From assembly GCA_963665115.1 (NCBI GenBank), contig OY762007.1, positions 4,416,001 to 4,480,000 of the forward strand: a DNA stretch of 64,000 nt, given 5' to 3'. This document shows, piece after piece, positions 31,716 to 42,080 of the stretch. Made by a program: the position numbers and the translations under genes. The notes beneath the pieces are model-generated. The model worked only from the letters and a program-made list of their open reading frames with translations. It was not told where the DNA came from and searched no databases. How positions within the stretch are numbered: the stretch's first letter is position 1; each line of letters opens with the position of its first letter. Source of the DNA: an uncultured Rivularia sp. GTDB taxonomy: Bacteria; Cyanobacteriota; Cyanobacteriia; Cyanobacteriales; Nostocaceae.

Positions 31716-32381
31716 TCATGTTTTAATAATCAGAGAATCGTCTTTGATTTCAATAGATTTAATTTTTCCTATTAATTTTACAGTTCTTTGGGATTCTGCT
31801 GCATCTTGACTAAATCCAGGTGCATCTGAGGGAGATTTTATTCCACCAAAGATATATGATATTATTTTTGAGTATATCAATGGTGCCGTGATATTATATT
31901 TATCATCATTAATTTCTCCGATATTTGTCTTAATAAATTTCGATGTTTCTAAAACAACTTCATTATTAACACTAAAGCTAAATGTTCTTGTTTCGGTAGA
32001 AACGACTGACATAAAAACAAGAGACGGCCATTCCATTCTAGTTTCTACGATTAGATTATCTTGAATTTGATAATAGAAGAATTTTCCCGGAGTGAATTTA
32101 TTTAAGTTAATACCCTTTGTATATATATTATTGATATCATCAGCATTTAAGGTTAAGGTTGAAGCTTGATTCTCTAATGCTGTTATAGAGAAATATTCAA
32201 TCTTCTTCTTGGTTGCTAGATACTTCTGCTGCGAAGTCTTATGAATTGGAAATTCAACTAATATTTTTGGTTGGCTATTTCCCGATTTTATATCTTCGGT
32301 TACTTTGCGTATATATAAAAAGTTAACTGCAAGAAATAAAAACGAGACGATACCTATAAATCGAATTGTAGACATTAACAT
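31716..32381 (-). CDS. Hypothetical membrane-anchored protein
   Basis: N-terminal TM helix; 221-aa ORF in very AT-rich DNA. Confidence 0.65.
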   Translation of the reverse strand: MLMSTIRFIGIVSFLFLAVNFLYIRKVTEDIKSGNSQPKILVEFPIHKTSQQKYLATKKKIEYFSITALENQASTLTLNADDINNIYTKGINLNKFTPGKFFYYQIQDNLIVETRMEWPSLVFMSVVSTETRTFSFSVNNEVVLETSKFIKTNIGEINDDKYNITAPLIYSKIISYIFGGIKSPSDAPGFSQDAAESQRTVKLIGKIKSIEIKDDSLIIKT

Positions 32382-32524
32382 ATTTCTAATTTGCCCTGAA
32401 GATTTGTAATTTAAAAAAAAATTGCTTAAACCAGGTAAGTTTAAAAAAATAGGATTATAACAAGTACTGTATAGTGGTTATAGCATGGATAAAAAGGACT
32501 AAAGTCCTTACTACTAACCTATGT

Positions 32525-34153
32525 TTATAAATCAACCACCGATTCATCAGCAATAAAATCCTCTGCATCAAAATAATATTTTCCCTCAGCTTGAATAATC
32601 CTTTCAAACAGTTGTGGAATTCCTTTTGCAATAACTTTGGTTTCTTCTGGTTTCAATATCCAAGTTTTCTGTTCAAATAATTTATTTCTATCTTCAACTA
32701 AAACAGGTTTACCGACAACAATCCACCATTCATACCAAGTTTGATAATTTTCATCTCCAAAATTACCAATTTTTCGTTTTACGTTTCCAAATGCAATACA
32801 GCGATTATCTTTCAGGTTGATAAAAATGGTAAAGAATGAATTAGTTTCTGTCATTTTAATTTTGCAGCGAATATAATTTTTAAGAGGTTTAATGTTCCAA
32901 GAATATTCGGTATCAGCAAATAAAGTACCACCGTCAAATCTTTCTAAAATTTGAGTTAACTCTGCTGGTATTCCAAAAAATGGTCTTTTCTGGATATATT
33001 TATCAAAAGGTAAATTAAGCTGGTGTTCTTTTTCTAATTGATTTAATATCCCCACAAAACTATTTTGCTTTCTGACTCCCCAACCAATCTCTGGATGAAG
33101 ACAACCAGTTTGTTGATTTTGAGCAACTCCAATAAAACCCGCGATTAATTCTAATTGAGATTCTCCTTGAAGAGTATTTAACGTAAAAGAAGCTTGAGAA
33201 ATTCCATTGGGAAACATTCGTGGTGAAATTCCGTTAGCAATCGTCAATTCTTCGCGGGGTGTTTCTAAAATTGGATTTTTATATGTAGGAGAATTAGTAA
33301 TTTTCTCTTTTAAATAAGGAAACAAATCCGCCAACCAACCAGTAATCACCTCTCCGCCATATATTGCTTTGGGTTTACAGATGTGCTGCCAAAATTCTAA
33401 ATTAGGTTTACCAGCAACCGTTTCAATAATCCCGTCGCAAATTGGTAATAATCTTTTAGTCCACCAATGCAGATCGTATTCGCTTATGATTTCTACACGT
33501 TTCCGAATCTTCTTCCAATCATCAACGCTTCCCCGTACAATAATCCAAGGGATACCGCAAATTGCATATAGTTGATAATCGAAATACTGTTTTAAAGCAT
33601 CCATCATCACAACTTGACTGGCAGTGCGAATAATTGGGGTAGTTGTACTAAAATCGCACACCATCAAATCGGCAATATCGGATTTCACATTTTCATCAAT
33701 CTTCTTAGACCATAATTCCACAGCTTGCTGCCAATCTTGATTATCATTAAGCTTCTCCAGCACAACTTTCAATTCTCTCTTGCTTGAATGACTAACGAAT
33801 TGATATCGTAACCGTTCTGCATTATTATTGATATGTTGAGCAAAACCCTGAGCGATCGCCATCCAGATAGCGTCGGGAGTCAGCAATAAAGGACGATGCT
33901 CTGCAAAAGCTTGATGAACTGCATTTACAAGAGAATGTAAATTAAGCGTACTTTCAAAGTCATTCTCGTTAGATTGCTCGACAACTTGAAAATTATCACC
34001 GTGACTAAAAGCAATTAAACTAGAATCCAATCTTTCTTCTAACTGTTTGAAACAAGTTTGTAACGGTAAAAGGTTTTTAAAAACTTCTACGTCATCAACT
34101 TTAAAACATATTTCATCATGATTGTGATGCAATATTGACGCGATTTTATTCAT
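32525..34153 (-). CDS. DUF4419-domain protein with a probable C-terminal SMI1/KNR4 (SUKH)-like domain
   Basis: AF.EHRPLLLTPDAIW, DFSTTT, CGIP.....G..DDW and ITGW match DUF4419. The C-terminus reads PAELTQILERFDGG...VIAKGIPQLFERI. Confidence 0.75.
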   Translation of the reverse strand: MNKIASILHHNHDEICFKVDDVEVFKNLLPLQTCFKQLEERLDSSLIAFSHGDNFQVVEQSNENDFESTLNLHSLVNAVHQAFAEHRPLLLTPDAIWMAIAQGFAQHINNNAERLRYQFVSHSSKRELKVVLEKLNDNQDWQQAVELWSKKIDENVKSDIADLMVCDFSTTTPIIRTASQVVMMDALKQYFDYQLYAICGIPWIIVRGSVDDWKKIRKRVEIISEYDLHWWTKRLLPICDGIIETVAGKPNLEFWQHICKPKAIYGGEVITGWLADLFPYLKEKITNSPTYKNPILETPREELTIANGISPRMFPNGISQASFTLNTLQGESQLELIAGFIGVAQNQQTGCLHPEIGWGVRKQNSFVGILNQLEKEHQLNLPFDKYIQKRPFFGIPAELTQILERFDGGTLFADTEYSWNIKPLKNYIRCKIKMTETNSFFTIFINLKDNRCIAFGNVKRKIGNFGDENYQTWYEWWIVVGKPVLVEDRNKLFEQKTWILKPEETKVIAKGIPQLFERIIQAEGKYYFDAEDFIADESVVDL

Positions 34154-34204
34154 AGAATTTCCCTTGAAATAAAGGAACTCATTATAACTTCAATTCCTGT
34201 AACT

Positions 34205-34313
34205 GTAAGGTGCTGTGAGTAATAGAGTACGACACCATTATATTTTCCTTATTTCCTAACCTTTACTATTTCCGGATTTTGGTGCGTTACAACTATCTAC
34301 TAACACACCTTGC
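34205..34313. repeat. Degenerate inverted pair of family-B-like REP hairpins
   Basis: GTAAGGTGCTGT...ACGACACC at 34205 and GGTGCGTTAC...TAACACACCTTGC at 34281-34313, related to the 57-58 kb repeats. Confidence 0.55.
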
Positions 34314-34364
34314 AAAATTAATGTTATAAATTGGCATTCTGTAAAATGGTGATTCAGCATAATT

Positions 34365-36053
34365 ATGAAAATCCACGACTATGTGAAAAATAGAGATATC
34401 AAAGAAGTTACACGATTAATAAAAAAAGGTGTTGATATTAATAATGTTGATAAACATTCATGTCAAACACCGTTGATGATAGCGGTAAGTAATCGGGATG
34501 TAAATATTGAGATGGTACGTTTCCTGGTTGAAAATGGAGCCGATATCAATGCAGTGGGAGGTAAATATAAAAGTACAGTCATAGATTTAGCAATTCAAGC
34601 AGGAAGTCTCGATAAAATTCGATTTTTATTAGATGCTGGTGTTGATATTAATTATCGAACATCTAATGGCTATGATGTTTTAATTCATGCCATGTGTGGA
34701 AGAGATATTAAACAAGATGAAAATCTTATCCCCATTTTAAATCTACTTATTGAAAGAGGTGTAGAAGTAGACGGTGTAAGTAGCTATAACGAATCTGCTC
34801 TTAAAATTGCTTATCGTAATCTAAGATTTGATGCTGTTAAATTATTATTGGATGCTGGTGCTGAGGAAAAACAATTACAATGGACGCATTTAATGGAAGC
34901 GGTGGCTTTCGGGAGTGTAGAAGAAGTAAAAATATTACTTGAAGAAGGTGCTGATATTTATCATATCGATTGCTGGAGTAGAAATGCTTTCTTCTTAAGT
35001 TTGCAGAATGGTGATATTGAAAAGGCTAAAATCTTATTATCCTTTACACCAAGTAGCGATGATGCTTCATTTTGGTGGAAATCTCCTATCTTCTACCCAA
35101 TACAATTTAATTACAGCAAAATCCTAGAATGGTTAATTTTAGAAGGATTTGATATTCAAGTAACTGATGACTGTTTGAATACTCCTTTAATTACAGCTGC
35201 TGAATATGGTGCTACAGATTGTGTCAGAATTTTACTTGAAGCTGGTGCTGATATAAGTAAAGTCGATAATTTTAATGAAAATGCAATAAGTAAAGCTGCT
35301 AATTTAGAAATCGTCAAAATGCTTCTTTGTGGAAGTGAAGATTTTAGCGATATTAGCACGGAGATACGAGTATCGCTGTTAGGTGTTGGTGAGGAAGAAT
35401 TACAGGAAGAAATAAAGCATATTAAAGATAAAACCGCAAAATTTCCTCGATTCGGAATCACAAATCCAGAAATTATAAGAAACGATTTCTGGGAAGCGAT
35501 GGTGCGTAGCGGTGTTGATGCTTCCACAGCTAGAAGCAATAACGATTTAGAATATACTTCTATATGGTGTTACCAAAGATTCGGAAGAACAACTACAATG
35601 TTACCCGATGGTAGAATTCTAGAAATTGCTGGGGAACATGAGGATTATTACGATCCAGATTTTCATATATATAATGATGTAGTTGTCTTCGATGGTAAAG
35701 GTAATTTTAAAATTTACGGTTATCCCAGCGATGTTTTCCCCCCAACCGATTTCCATTCAGCAACGTTGGTAGAAAATTACGTCTATATTATTGGAAGTAA
35801 TGGTTATCAAGATGCAATAATTCCCAATCAAACCCCCGTTTATCGATTAGATTGCAATACATTTCAAATACAAAACGTAAAAACCATCGGAGATAATCCC
35901 GGATGGATAAGTCAGCATAAAGCAAAATATCAACAACCATCTCAAATCTACATTACTGGCGGTAAAGTTTGTACTCAAGAAGGCTATATTGAAAACTCTA
36001 CCGACTACATTCTTAATTTAAATAGATTTGAATGGAATCAAGTTAACTCTTAA
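34365..36053 (+). CDS. Ankyrin-repeat protein with a C-terminal kelch-like beta domain
   Basis: Multiple TPL..A...LL..GAD.N repeats; C-terminal RFGRTTT.LPDGR...GEHEDYYDPDF, FHSATLV and IYITGG. Confidence 0.85.
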   Translation: MKIHDYVKNRDIKEVTRLIKKGVDINNVDKHSCQTPLMIAVSNRDVNIEMVRFLVENGADINAVGGKYKSTVIDLAIQAGSLDKIRFLLDAGVDINYRTSNGYDVLIHAMCGRDIKQDENLIPILNLLIERGVEVDGVSSYNESALKIAYRNLRFDAVKLLLDAGAEEKQLQWTHLMEAVAFGSVEEVKILLEEGADIYHIDCWSRNAFFLSLQNGDIEKAKILLSFTPSSDDASFWWKSPIFYPIQFNYSKILEWLILEGFDIQVTDDCLNTPLITAAEYGATDCVRILLEAGADISKVDNFNENAISKAANLEIVKMLLCGSEDFSDISTEIRVSLLGVGEEELQEEIKHIKDKTAKFPRFGITNPEIIRNDFWEAMVRSGVDASTARSNNDLEYTSIWCYQRFGRTTTMLPDGRILEIAGEHEDYYDPDFHIYNDVVVFDGKGNFKIYGYPSDVFPPTDFHSATLVENYVYIIGSNGYQDAIIPNQTPVYRLDCNTFQIQNVKTIGDNPGWISQHKAKYQQPSQIYITGGKVCTQEGYIENSTDYILNLNRFEWNQVNS

Positions 36054-38356
36054 ACTAACCTTATCCCCTCTCCCCCGACAATTCCAATAATCTCAGCATC
36101 CTCATAACCCAACTCTTTCAATTTCTGCAAACAATCATCAGCTTTCTCAATAGAAACCGCAGCTAATAAACCACCGGAAGTTTGTGGATCGAATAATAAA
36201 GGATAATTACTATAAGATTCAAATTCTTCTAAATTCGTAATATAGCTCGAAGCTTTTAAATTCTCCGAATAAAGCGAACTAAAAATCTCCTTCTCAACAG
36301 TTTCTCTAGCACCATTCAAAATCGGAATTTTATTAAACTTCAACTCAACTCCGATTTGAGAAGCTTTTACCATTTCCGATAAATGCCCAATTAAACCAAA
36401 ACCCGTAATATCTGTACAAGCAGTTGCACTAAATTCCAAAAAACATTCAGCAGCAGCTTGATTTGATAACAACATTGATTTTATCGCATTATCGATCCAA
36501 CTTCCTTTAACTTGACGGCGCATTTCACCAGCAAATAAAACCCCCGTACCCAATGCTTTAGTCAAAATTAAAACTTCACCAACCTGCATTCCGCTTTTAC
36601 GTAAAAGTTGATTTTCATCAGCCAAACCGTTACAGGATAAGCCAAATGCTAATTTATCGCCTTGAATAGTATGCCCGCCAATCAAAGATACTCGTGCTTG
36701 ATTTAACTGTTTTACCGCACCAGACAATAATTGAAATAAAGTTTCCTCAACTGTGGAACTTTTTCCATAGGGGATAGTAGCCAAAGCCAAAACGCTAGTA
36801 GGAATAGCACCCATTGCAAAAATATCGCTTAAACAATGATTGACAGCAATTTGTGCAAAAATATAAGGGTCATTAATTAAACTAGTAAAATAATCAATCG
36901 TTTGTACCATCACCTTACCACTGGGTAGCTTCACCACAGCAGCATCATCCGGAGAATCCAAACCGATAATAATATCTTCCCCTTCCGTAATCGTTTGCGA
37001 TTCTCGAATTCTACCTAAAACCGTTTCTAAAACATTACCACCAACTTTAGAACCACATCCAGAGCAAGGAATTTGTAAATTTTGGATTTTGGATTTTGCG
37101 GAAAGTTTGGGGTGTAGATTCTCTTCCCCCAAAACTTTCCAAGACGGATTTTGGATTATTTGTCTGCCTTCCCATGCCCCATGCCCCATCCCCAATGCCC
37201 CAAGTTTACTAAAACGCTCCATAAACTTACAGTCAATCCGATCCTTCCATTGCCACAACAACTTACTAGGTGGTAAAGTCAACCATCCACGAGTTGCGAT
37301 CGCACTTCCATCTCCAGTACCTATCAAACTCAAATAATCTTTCTGCGGCACATACTTTTTGAGAGTTTTTCCTAGCAAGCTACGTTGTAAATTCTCAAAT
37401 AATGGTTTCCCCTGACGTACTGCAAATACCCCAGCTTTCGCACGGGGATGATTTTTCATCGTCGCAATATCCCCAGCAGCAAACACCTGTGGGTGCGATA
37501 ACGATTGCAAATTGTCGTTTACTAAAATAAATCCCCGCTCATCCGTACTAATTCCCGTTGATTCCAACCATTTCGGTGCAGATGCTTGCGTTACCCAAAA
37601 TATATAATTGCACTCAACTTTCAATCCCGATTCACATATAACAATATAATTTTCTATATCTCCTTCGGGTGCAACTTTGCATACTGTCTCACCCAAATGC
37701 ACGATTATACCGCGCTCAATTAGAATACGTCTCAAAAGATTTCCTAATAGAGGATTGGCATTAGGCATTAATCGCTTATCTTTTCCAAATAAATGAATTG
37801 TTAAATTTGGATGATATTGCTGCAAATTCCCCTGCATTGACAAGGCTAACTCTACACCGCCAGCACCACCACCAACAATTCCGATATTTACAGGTTTTTG
37901 GGGATTAGATGAAATTTTCTCAACCAATTCATACCAACTTTGCAGCAACTCCCCCACAGGTTTTGCTGGAATGGCATATTTTGTAGCACCCGGTACAGAA
38001 ATAGTTGCTGGAGTAGAGCCTATATCAATCGATAATAAATCAAAACTGACATCAGGACGATTTGCACAAATAACTCGATTATTTTCCAAATCAATACCAG
38101 TTATAAAATCTATATATAGTTGTGCTTGAGCAAAATTAGCCAACTTCCGCAAATCGATATGACAATCATCATGAGTATAAAATCCAGCAATATGTCCTGG
38201 TAGCATTCCTGAATAAGGAGTATCTCCATTCGCCGTAATTAAAGTTATCCTGACTCCCGGCAAACAATTCATACCAAACATCTTCAGCGCGATGGCATGA
38301 GAATGTCCCCCACCAACCAACACTAGGTCTTTGACAAAAGGCTGTATATTTTGCAT
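36050..38356 (-). CDS. selD: FAD-dependent oxidoreductase fused to selenide, water dikinase
   Basis: LVGGGHSH and GGGAGGVE Rossmann motifs; CSGCGSKV, DDAA, SDIFAMG, GGHT, TDITGFGL and DPQTSGGLL SelD motifs. Confidence 0.93.
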   Translation of the reverse strand: MQNIQPFVKDLVLVGGGHSHAIALKMFGMNCLPGVRITLITANGDTPYSGMLPGHIAGFYTHDDCHIDLRKLANFAQAQLYIDFITGIDLENNRVICANRPDVSFDLLSIDIGSTPATISVPGATKYAIPAKPVGELLQSWYELVEKISSNPQKPVNIGIVGGGAGGVELALSMQGNLQQYHPNLTIHLFGKDKRLMPNANPLLGNLLRRILIERGIIVHLGETVCKVAPEGDIENYIVICESGLKVECNYIFWVTQASAPKWLESTGISTDERGFILVNDNLQSLSHPQVFAAGDIATMKNHPRAKAGVFAVRQGKPLFENLQRSLLGKTLKKYVPQKDYLSLIGTGDGSAIATRGWLTLPPSKLLWQWKDRIDCKFMERFSKLGALGMGHGAWEGRQIIQNPSWKVLGEENLHPKLSAKSKIQNLQIPCSGCGSKVGGNVLETVLGRIRESQTITEGEDIIIGLDSPDDAAVVKLPSGKVMVQTIDYFTSLINDPYIFAQIAVNHCLSDIFAMGAIPTSVLALATIPYGKSSTVEETLFQLLSGAVKQLNQARVSLIGGHTIQGDKLAFGLSCNGLADENQLLRKSGMQVGEVLILTKALGTGVLFAGEMRRQVKGSWIDNAIKSMLLSNQAAAECFLEFSATACTDITGFGLIGHLSEMVKASQIGVELKFNKIPILNGARETVEKEIFSSLYSENLKASSYITNLEEFESYSNYPLLFDPQTSGGLLAAVSIEKADDCLQKLKELGYEDAEIIGIVGGEGIRLV

Positions 38357-38394
38357 CTAGCGATTTTAGATTTTTAGATTTTGGATTAGCGAGA

Positions 38395-38672
38395 GTAGCA
38401 AGTAGCAAGTAGTGAGTAGTAAGTAGTAAGTAGTAAGTAAAGAATGATGATGGAGTGATGGAATAAAAGTTATTTCTTCATCCCCTTGTCTCCCCCTTCG
38501 GGTATCTCCTATGTCCTTCAGACAAGCTGCGCTAACGGAGACGCTGAGCCGCACGCTCCGCGTGAACGCTAACACCACTTTGCTCAACGGAGGGAACCTC
38601 CGCACGCAAGTGGATTCACCATCCCCTTGTCCCCTTCTGCCCCTCTTCCCCCTCTCCCCATCTCCCTTCTCT
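38395..38672. repeat. Heptamer repeats plus a nested cluster of GC-rich small dispersed repeats (38495-38620)
   Basis: AGTAGCA/AGTAGTA and CCCCTTGT/CCCCTCT tracts flank GGGTATCTCC...GGAGACGC and CCACTTTGC..CGGAGGGAACCTCCG..GCAAGTGG hairpins. Confidence 0.7.
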
Positions 38673-38842
38673 TTCTAATCTTTATATATTTTGCTTTATA
38701 AAATACATATATTAAGTAATAAGAGTGTTTATTGTAGTAAATATAAAACTAACATCGGACCTATTATGTAGTTTATAAAACAATAAAAAAAGCCAAACGT
38801 GTTACGAAAACTTTGCGATTGTATATTTATTCAGCAATAAAA

Positions 38843-39514
38843 ATGAATTTTTCCAAGCATGAAAATTTAAATAGACTTCTCAAAAATGCCATACAGCAAA
38901 TAAACGCATCTGAAATAGAACAGAGATTAATAGCTCTCATAAATCTAGAAAAAATAGCTATTGAATATCCCGATGAATGCGATAATTTGATTCAAATTAT
39001 TACTAACTTTATAAAACAAAAAAGATCGTTTGAATTCTTAAATGATTCTGAAATCAGTCCCATAAGCGAAATTAATCTTGATATTCAAGTTGCTTTAAAT
39101 ATCATAACTAATCCGGATATCGATGGATACTTGCGTAGAGATAAGTTTGACTTAAGTTATATAGACATTAGAGGTGCAAATCTTTGTGGGGCAAATTTAA
39201 AAAAAATTAATCTACAACGATCGATTCTTTATCGAGCAAACTTAATTGACGCAAACCTAGAAAATGCTAATTTAAATGGTGCAGTATTAAGTGCAGCTAA
39301 TTTAAAAGGTGCAAATCTTGCTTACGCTAACTTATGTGGTGCTATATTGAATGCAGCAAATCTTTATGAAACAAATCTTACCCATACTGATTTGCGTTGT
39401 GCTAACTTGTTTTTAGCGAATTTGCAGAAAGCAAATCTCAGGGGTGCTAACTTGGATGGAGCTAATTTAAGAGAAGCCGAATTTAGCGGTAATAAGGCTA
39501 CTCCTGAAGCTTAA
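38843..39514 (+). CDS. Pentapeptide-repeat protein
   Basis: A(N/D)Lxx repeats after a helical N-terminal domain; likely ATG at 38843. Confidence 0.9.
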   Translation: MNFSKHENLNRLLKNAIQQINASEIEQRLIALINLEKIAIEYPDECDNLIQIITNFIKQKRSFEFLNDSEISPISEINLDIQVALNIITNPDIDGYLRRDKFDLSYIDIRGANLCGANLKKINLQRSILYRANLIDANLENANLNGAVLSAANLKGANLAYANLCGAILNAANLYETNLTHTDLRCANLFLANLQKANLRGANLDGANLREAEFSGNKATPEA

Positions 39515-39770
39515 AATTAAAATCGTAGTATTTACATTTATTATAAAAAGAGGGTGTTTCTACATCACTCTCTGGGGGTCATCTACGTAATAGTACCGTG
39601 CCGTAGAATATAACTTTAGCATTATATTAGAGACAATCTACTAGCTGTCTACGGGCATTACAGATTGCAACTGCAACTTTCGACAGATATTGCATTTTTT
39701 TGACAAATGGTATACTCTTTAATCCCAATCATATCGGTAATAATTCTGTGTTGTGAGGAATACTGATTCT

Positions 39771-41114
39771 ATGTCTGCTAAAAACACAGACGCATTAACG
39801 AATTGGTTAATAGGAATAACAATCTTTTTTTCTGTTTCACCAATTCTGATTTTCACAGCGATTTCAAAAATAGAAGGATTGCCAAATGAAGACAGAATCG
39901 AATACAAAAGTCAAGGCTTAATGACTTCTGCTGGATTGTTTCTTGGATTGGCAATAATTATCAATGCTTATTATGGGGGCAAGCGTGCCGTATTATTAGA
40001 AAAAAGCTTATTAGCAGCTCAGAAAGATAATCGAATAAATCAAAAAAATATAGAACTCAACGAGCAAAAGCTGGTAGCTGAACGTTTAATGAGCGCAATT
40101 ACCCAACTTGGGCACGATAGTGTTGCGACTCGCACCGGAGCTATTTATGTTTTAGAAAGAGTTGCTCAAGACTCTCCTCAAGAGTATTGGACAATTATGG
40201 AAATTCTGACAGCTTTTGTCAGAGAAAATGGTGTTATCCCGAAATTTACAAAATCTCAGGCAGGCACCCAACAAGAAATTAAAGTTCCTACAGATATTCA
40301 AGCAGCAGTAACTGTAATTGGTAGACGAGATACTTCTCACGATCCATTAGATAAGAAAATTGATTTAAGGAATGCTCAACTTAGGGGAGTAGATTTTAGT
40401 AATGCGAACCTACAACGAGCAAATTTAAGCAATTCGGACTTGTGTGGAGCTTGTTTGCAGGGTACCGATCTTTTGAAAGCCAATCTCGATGGTGCTAAAC
40501 TCGCGCAGTGCAATCTTTATCAAGTTAACCTACAAGAAGCAAGCCTCCGTCGTGCCAATTTAGCGGGTTCGATTGCTAACAAAGGTTTGTTTTATGGTGC
40601 AAATCTCCGAGATGCCAACTTGGTGGGAGCTTCATTACGAGGAGCCAATTTGATGGGAGCTAACCTTTACAAAGCTAATTTGATGGGAGCTAACCTCAAA
40701 GCAGCTAATTTAGCAGGAGCAAAACTGTTTCTGGCAAACTTACAGTCTGCAAAGCTTGACAAAGCAAAAATGTACGAAGCTGGTTTAATTGGAGCCAATT
40801 TGCAGCAAGCCAACCTTAATGGAGCCAACTTGCGACAAGCAAATCTTAATGCAGCTAAACTTCAACAAGCAGAAGTATTTTTTGCTAACTTCTCAGGAGC
40901 TTCCTTAAGAGAAACCGATCTTTCAGGAGCAAACCTCATGGGAAGCGATTTTCAGTCATGCATTTTATATGAAACTAACCTTAGTGGAGCTAATTTAACA
41001 GCTGCAAACCTTTCTTTAACTGACTGCTACGACGTAAACCTTGAAGGAACAATCCTTAAAGGAGCCAAAAATATGCAACCGCAATTGCAAAAAATGGCTA
41101 TGGGCAAATATTGA
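39771..41114 (+). CDS. Membrane-anchored pentapeptide-repeat protein
   Basis: Two TM helices, R.GAIY.LER...ILTAFVRE...DIQAA.TVIGRR domain and a long pentapeptide array; likely ATG at 39771. Confidence 0.92.
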   Translation: MSAKNTDALTNWLIGITIFFSVSPILIFTAISKIEGLPNEDRIEYKSQGLMTSAGLFLGLAIIINAYYGGKRAVLLEKSLLAAQKDNRINQKNIELNEQKLVAERLMSAITQLGHDSVATRTGAIYVLERVAQDSPQEYWTIMEILTAFVRENGVIPKFTKSQAGTQQEIKVPTDIQAAVTVIGRRDTSHDPLDKKIDLRNAQLRGVDFSNANLQRANLSNSDLCGACLQGTDLLKANLDGAKLAQCNLYQVNLQEASLRRANLAGSIANKGLFYGANLRDANLVGASLRGANLMGANLYKANLMGANLKAANLAGAKLFLANLQSAKLDKAKMYEAGLIGANLQQANLNGANLRQANLNAAKLQQAEVFFANFSGASLRETDLSGANLMGSDFQSCILYETNLSGANLTAANLSLTDCYDVNLEGTILKGAKNMQPQLQKMAMGKY

Positions 41115-41332
41115 GCTAATCGTTTTCGATCAACAGCATCCATCTACCACTTCTTAAAACATCATTTGACGCTTACGTTTAGGTTTAATTCGTTTTAACT
41201 ACCAGGGTGCTTGCCACCATTCGTGCTTACCTTCTTGAAATCGAAATTAATCGGATTTTATTTTGAGGCTTCTCTTCATTAAGATAATGTATTGGGGATT
41301 AGGCATTGGGAAAAGAATTGCTAACTCCTAAT

Positions 41333-41442
41333 AACTCACTACTCACTACTCACTACTCACTACTCATTACTTACTACTCACTACTCACTACTCACTACTC
41401 ACTACTCACTACTCACTACTCATTACTCATTACTTACTACTC
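41333..41442. repeat. (ACTCACT)n heptamer tandem repeat
   Basis: About 15 imperfect units. Confidence 0.92.
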
Positions 41443-41449
41443 CTAACTC

Positions 41450-41710
41450 TCAAAAAGTTATGCCATGCTCGTAATCCCAGCATTTATTATCTTCCCAGGT
41501 TCTATTAGTATGCTTGCATTCGGATTCTTTGTGAATCCAAGGAATTGATGTAGGAAATATTGAAGCAGGTTTTAAAAACAAAGATACTATAGAGTTTACG
41601 GTGCAAGAACCACAAACTATAAATAAAGTCAGAATTACAGTACTAAATGCAATTCTACTAGGAGTCCAAAAAGAAATATTTGTTCCGGGAGCTTGGATTC
41701 TAGAGCGCAT
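41450..41710 (-). CDS. Small hypothetical membrane protein with a Cys/Trp-rich C-terminus
   Basis: AGGA RBS, TM helix, then PWI....ECKHTNRTWEDNKCWDYEH. Confidence 0.6.
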   Translation of the reverse strand: MRSRIQAPGTNISFWTPSRIAFSTVILTLFIVCGSCTVNSIVSLFLKPASIFPTSIPWIHKESECKHTNRTWEDNKCWDYEHGITF

Positions 41711-42080
41711 ATTAATTCCTAATTTGAAAATTTATAGATCTACTAAATGATGTTAAATTGGGCGATCGAAACCCCGTCAGGGGAGATTTTTCCTGCGCCA
41801 CAATATTTTTGAACAAAGTAAAGTAAACGCTTTTTTAAAAGATTTCGCTGATTATTTGTCAATATTGACATAACCTTTTCCATAATTGAAAGGTCTTGTC
41901 CGTAGTTTTTACTAAATAAAAATACTTATTATTCTTTTTTTAAAGATTAATCTTTAGACTCTACACAATTTAGGTATATCTATGTTATATGAAAAAAATT
42001 GTATACATACAGCCGCAAAGATACTACTTTAATTAAATATGAAGTAGTTTTCTTCTCGGTAGATACCGGGATATATATGC

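Noticed and set aside
41760..41800. GC-rich patch upstream of the 86-aa gene as a riboswitch
   Set aside because: Too short, and I recognise no matching aptamer consensus.
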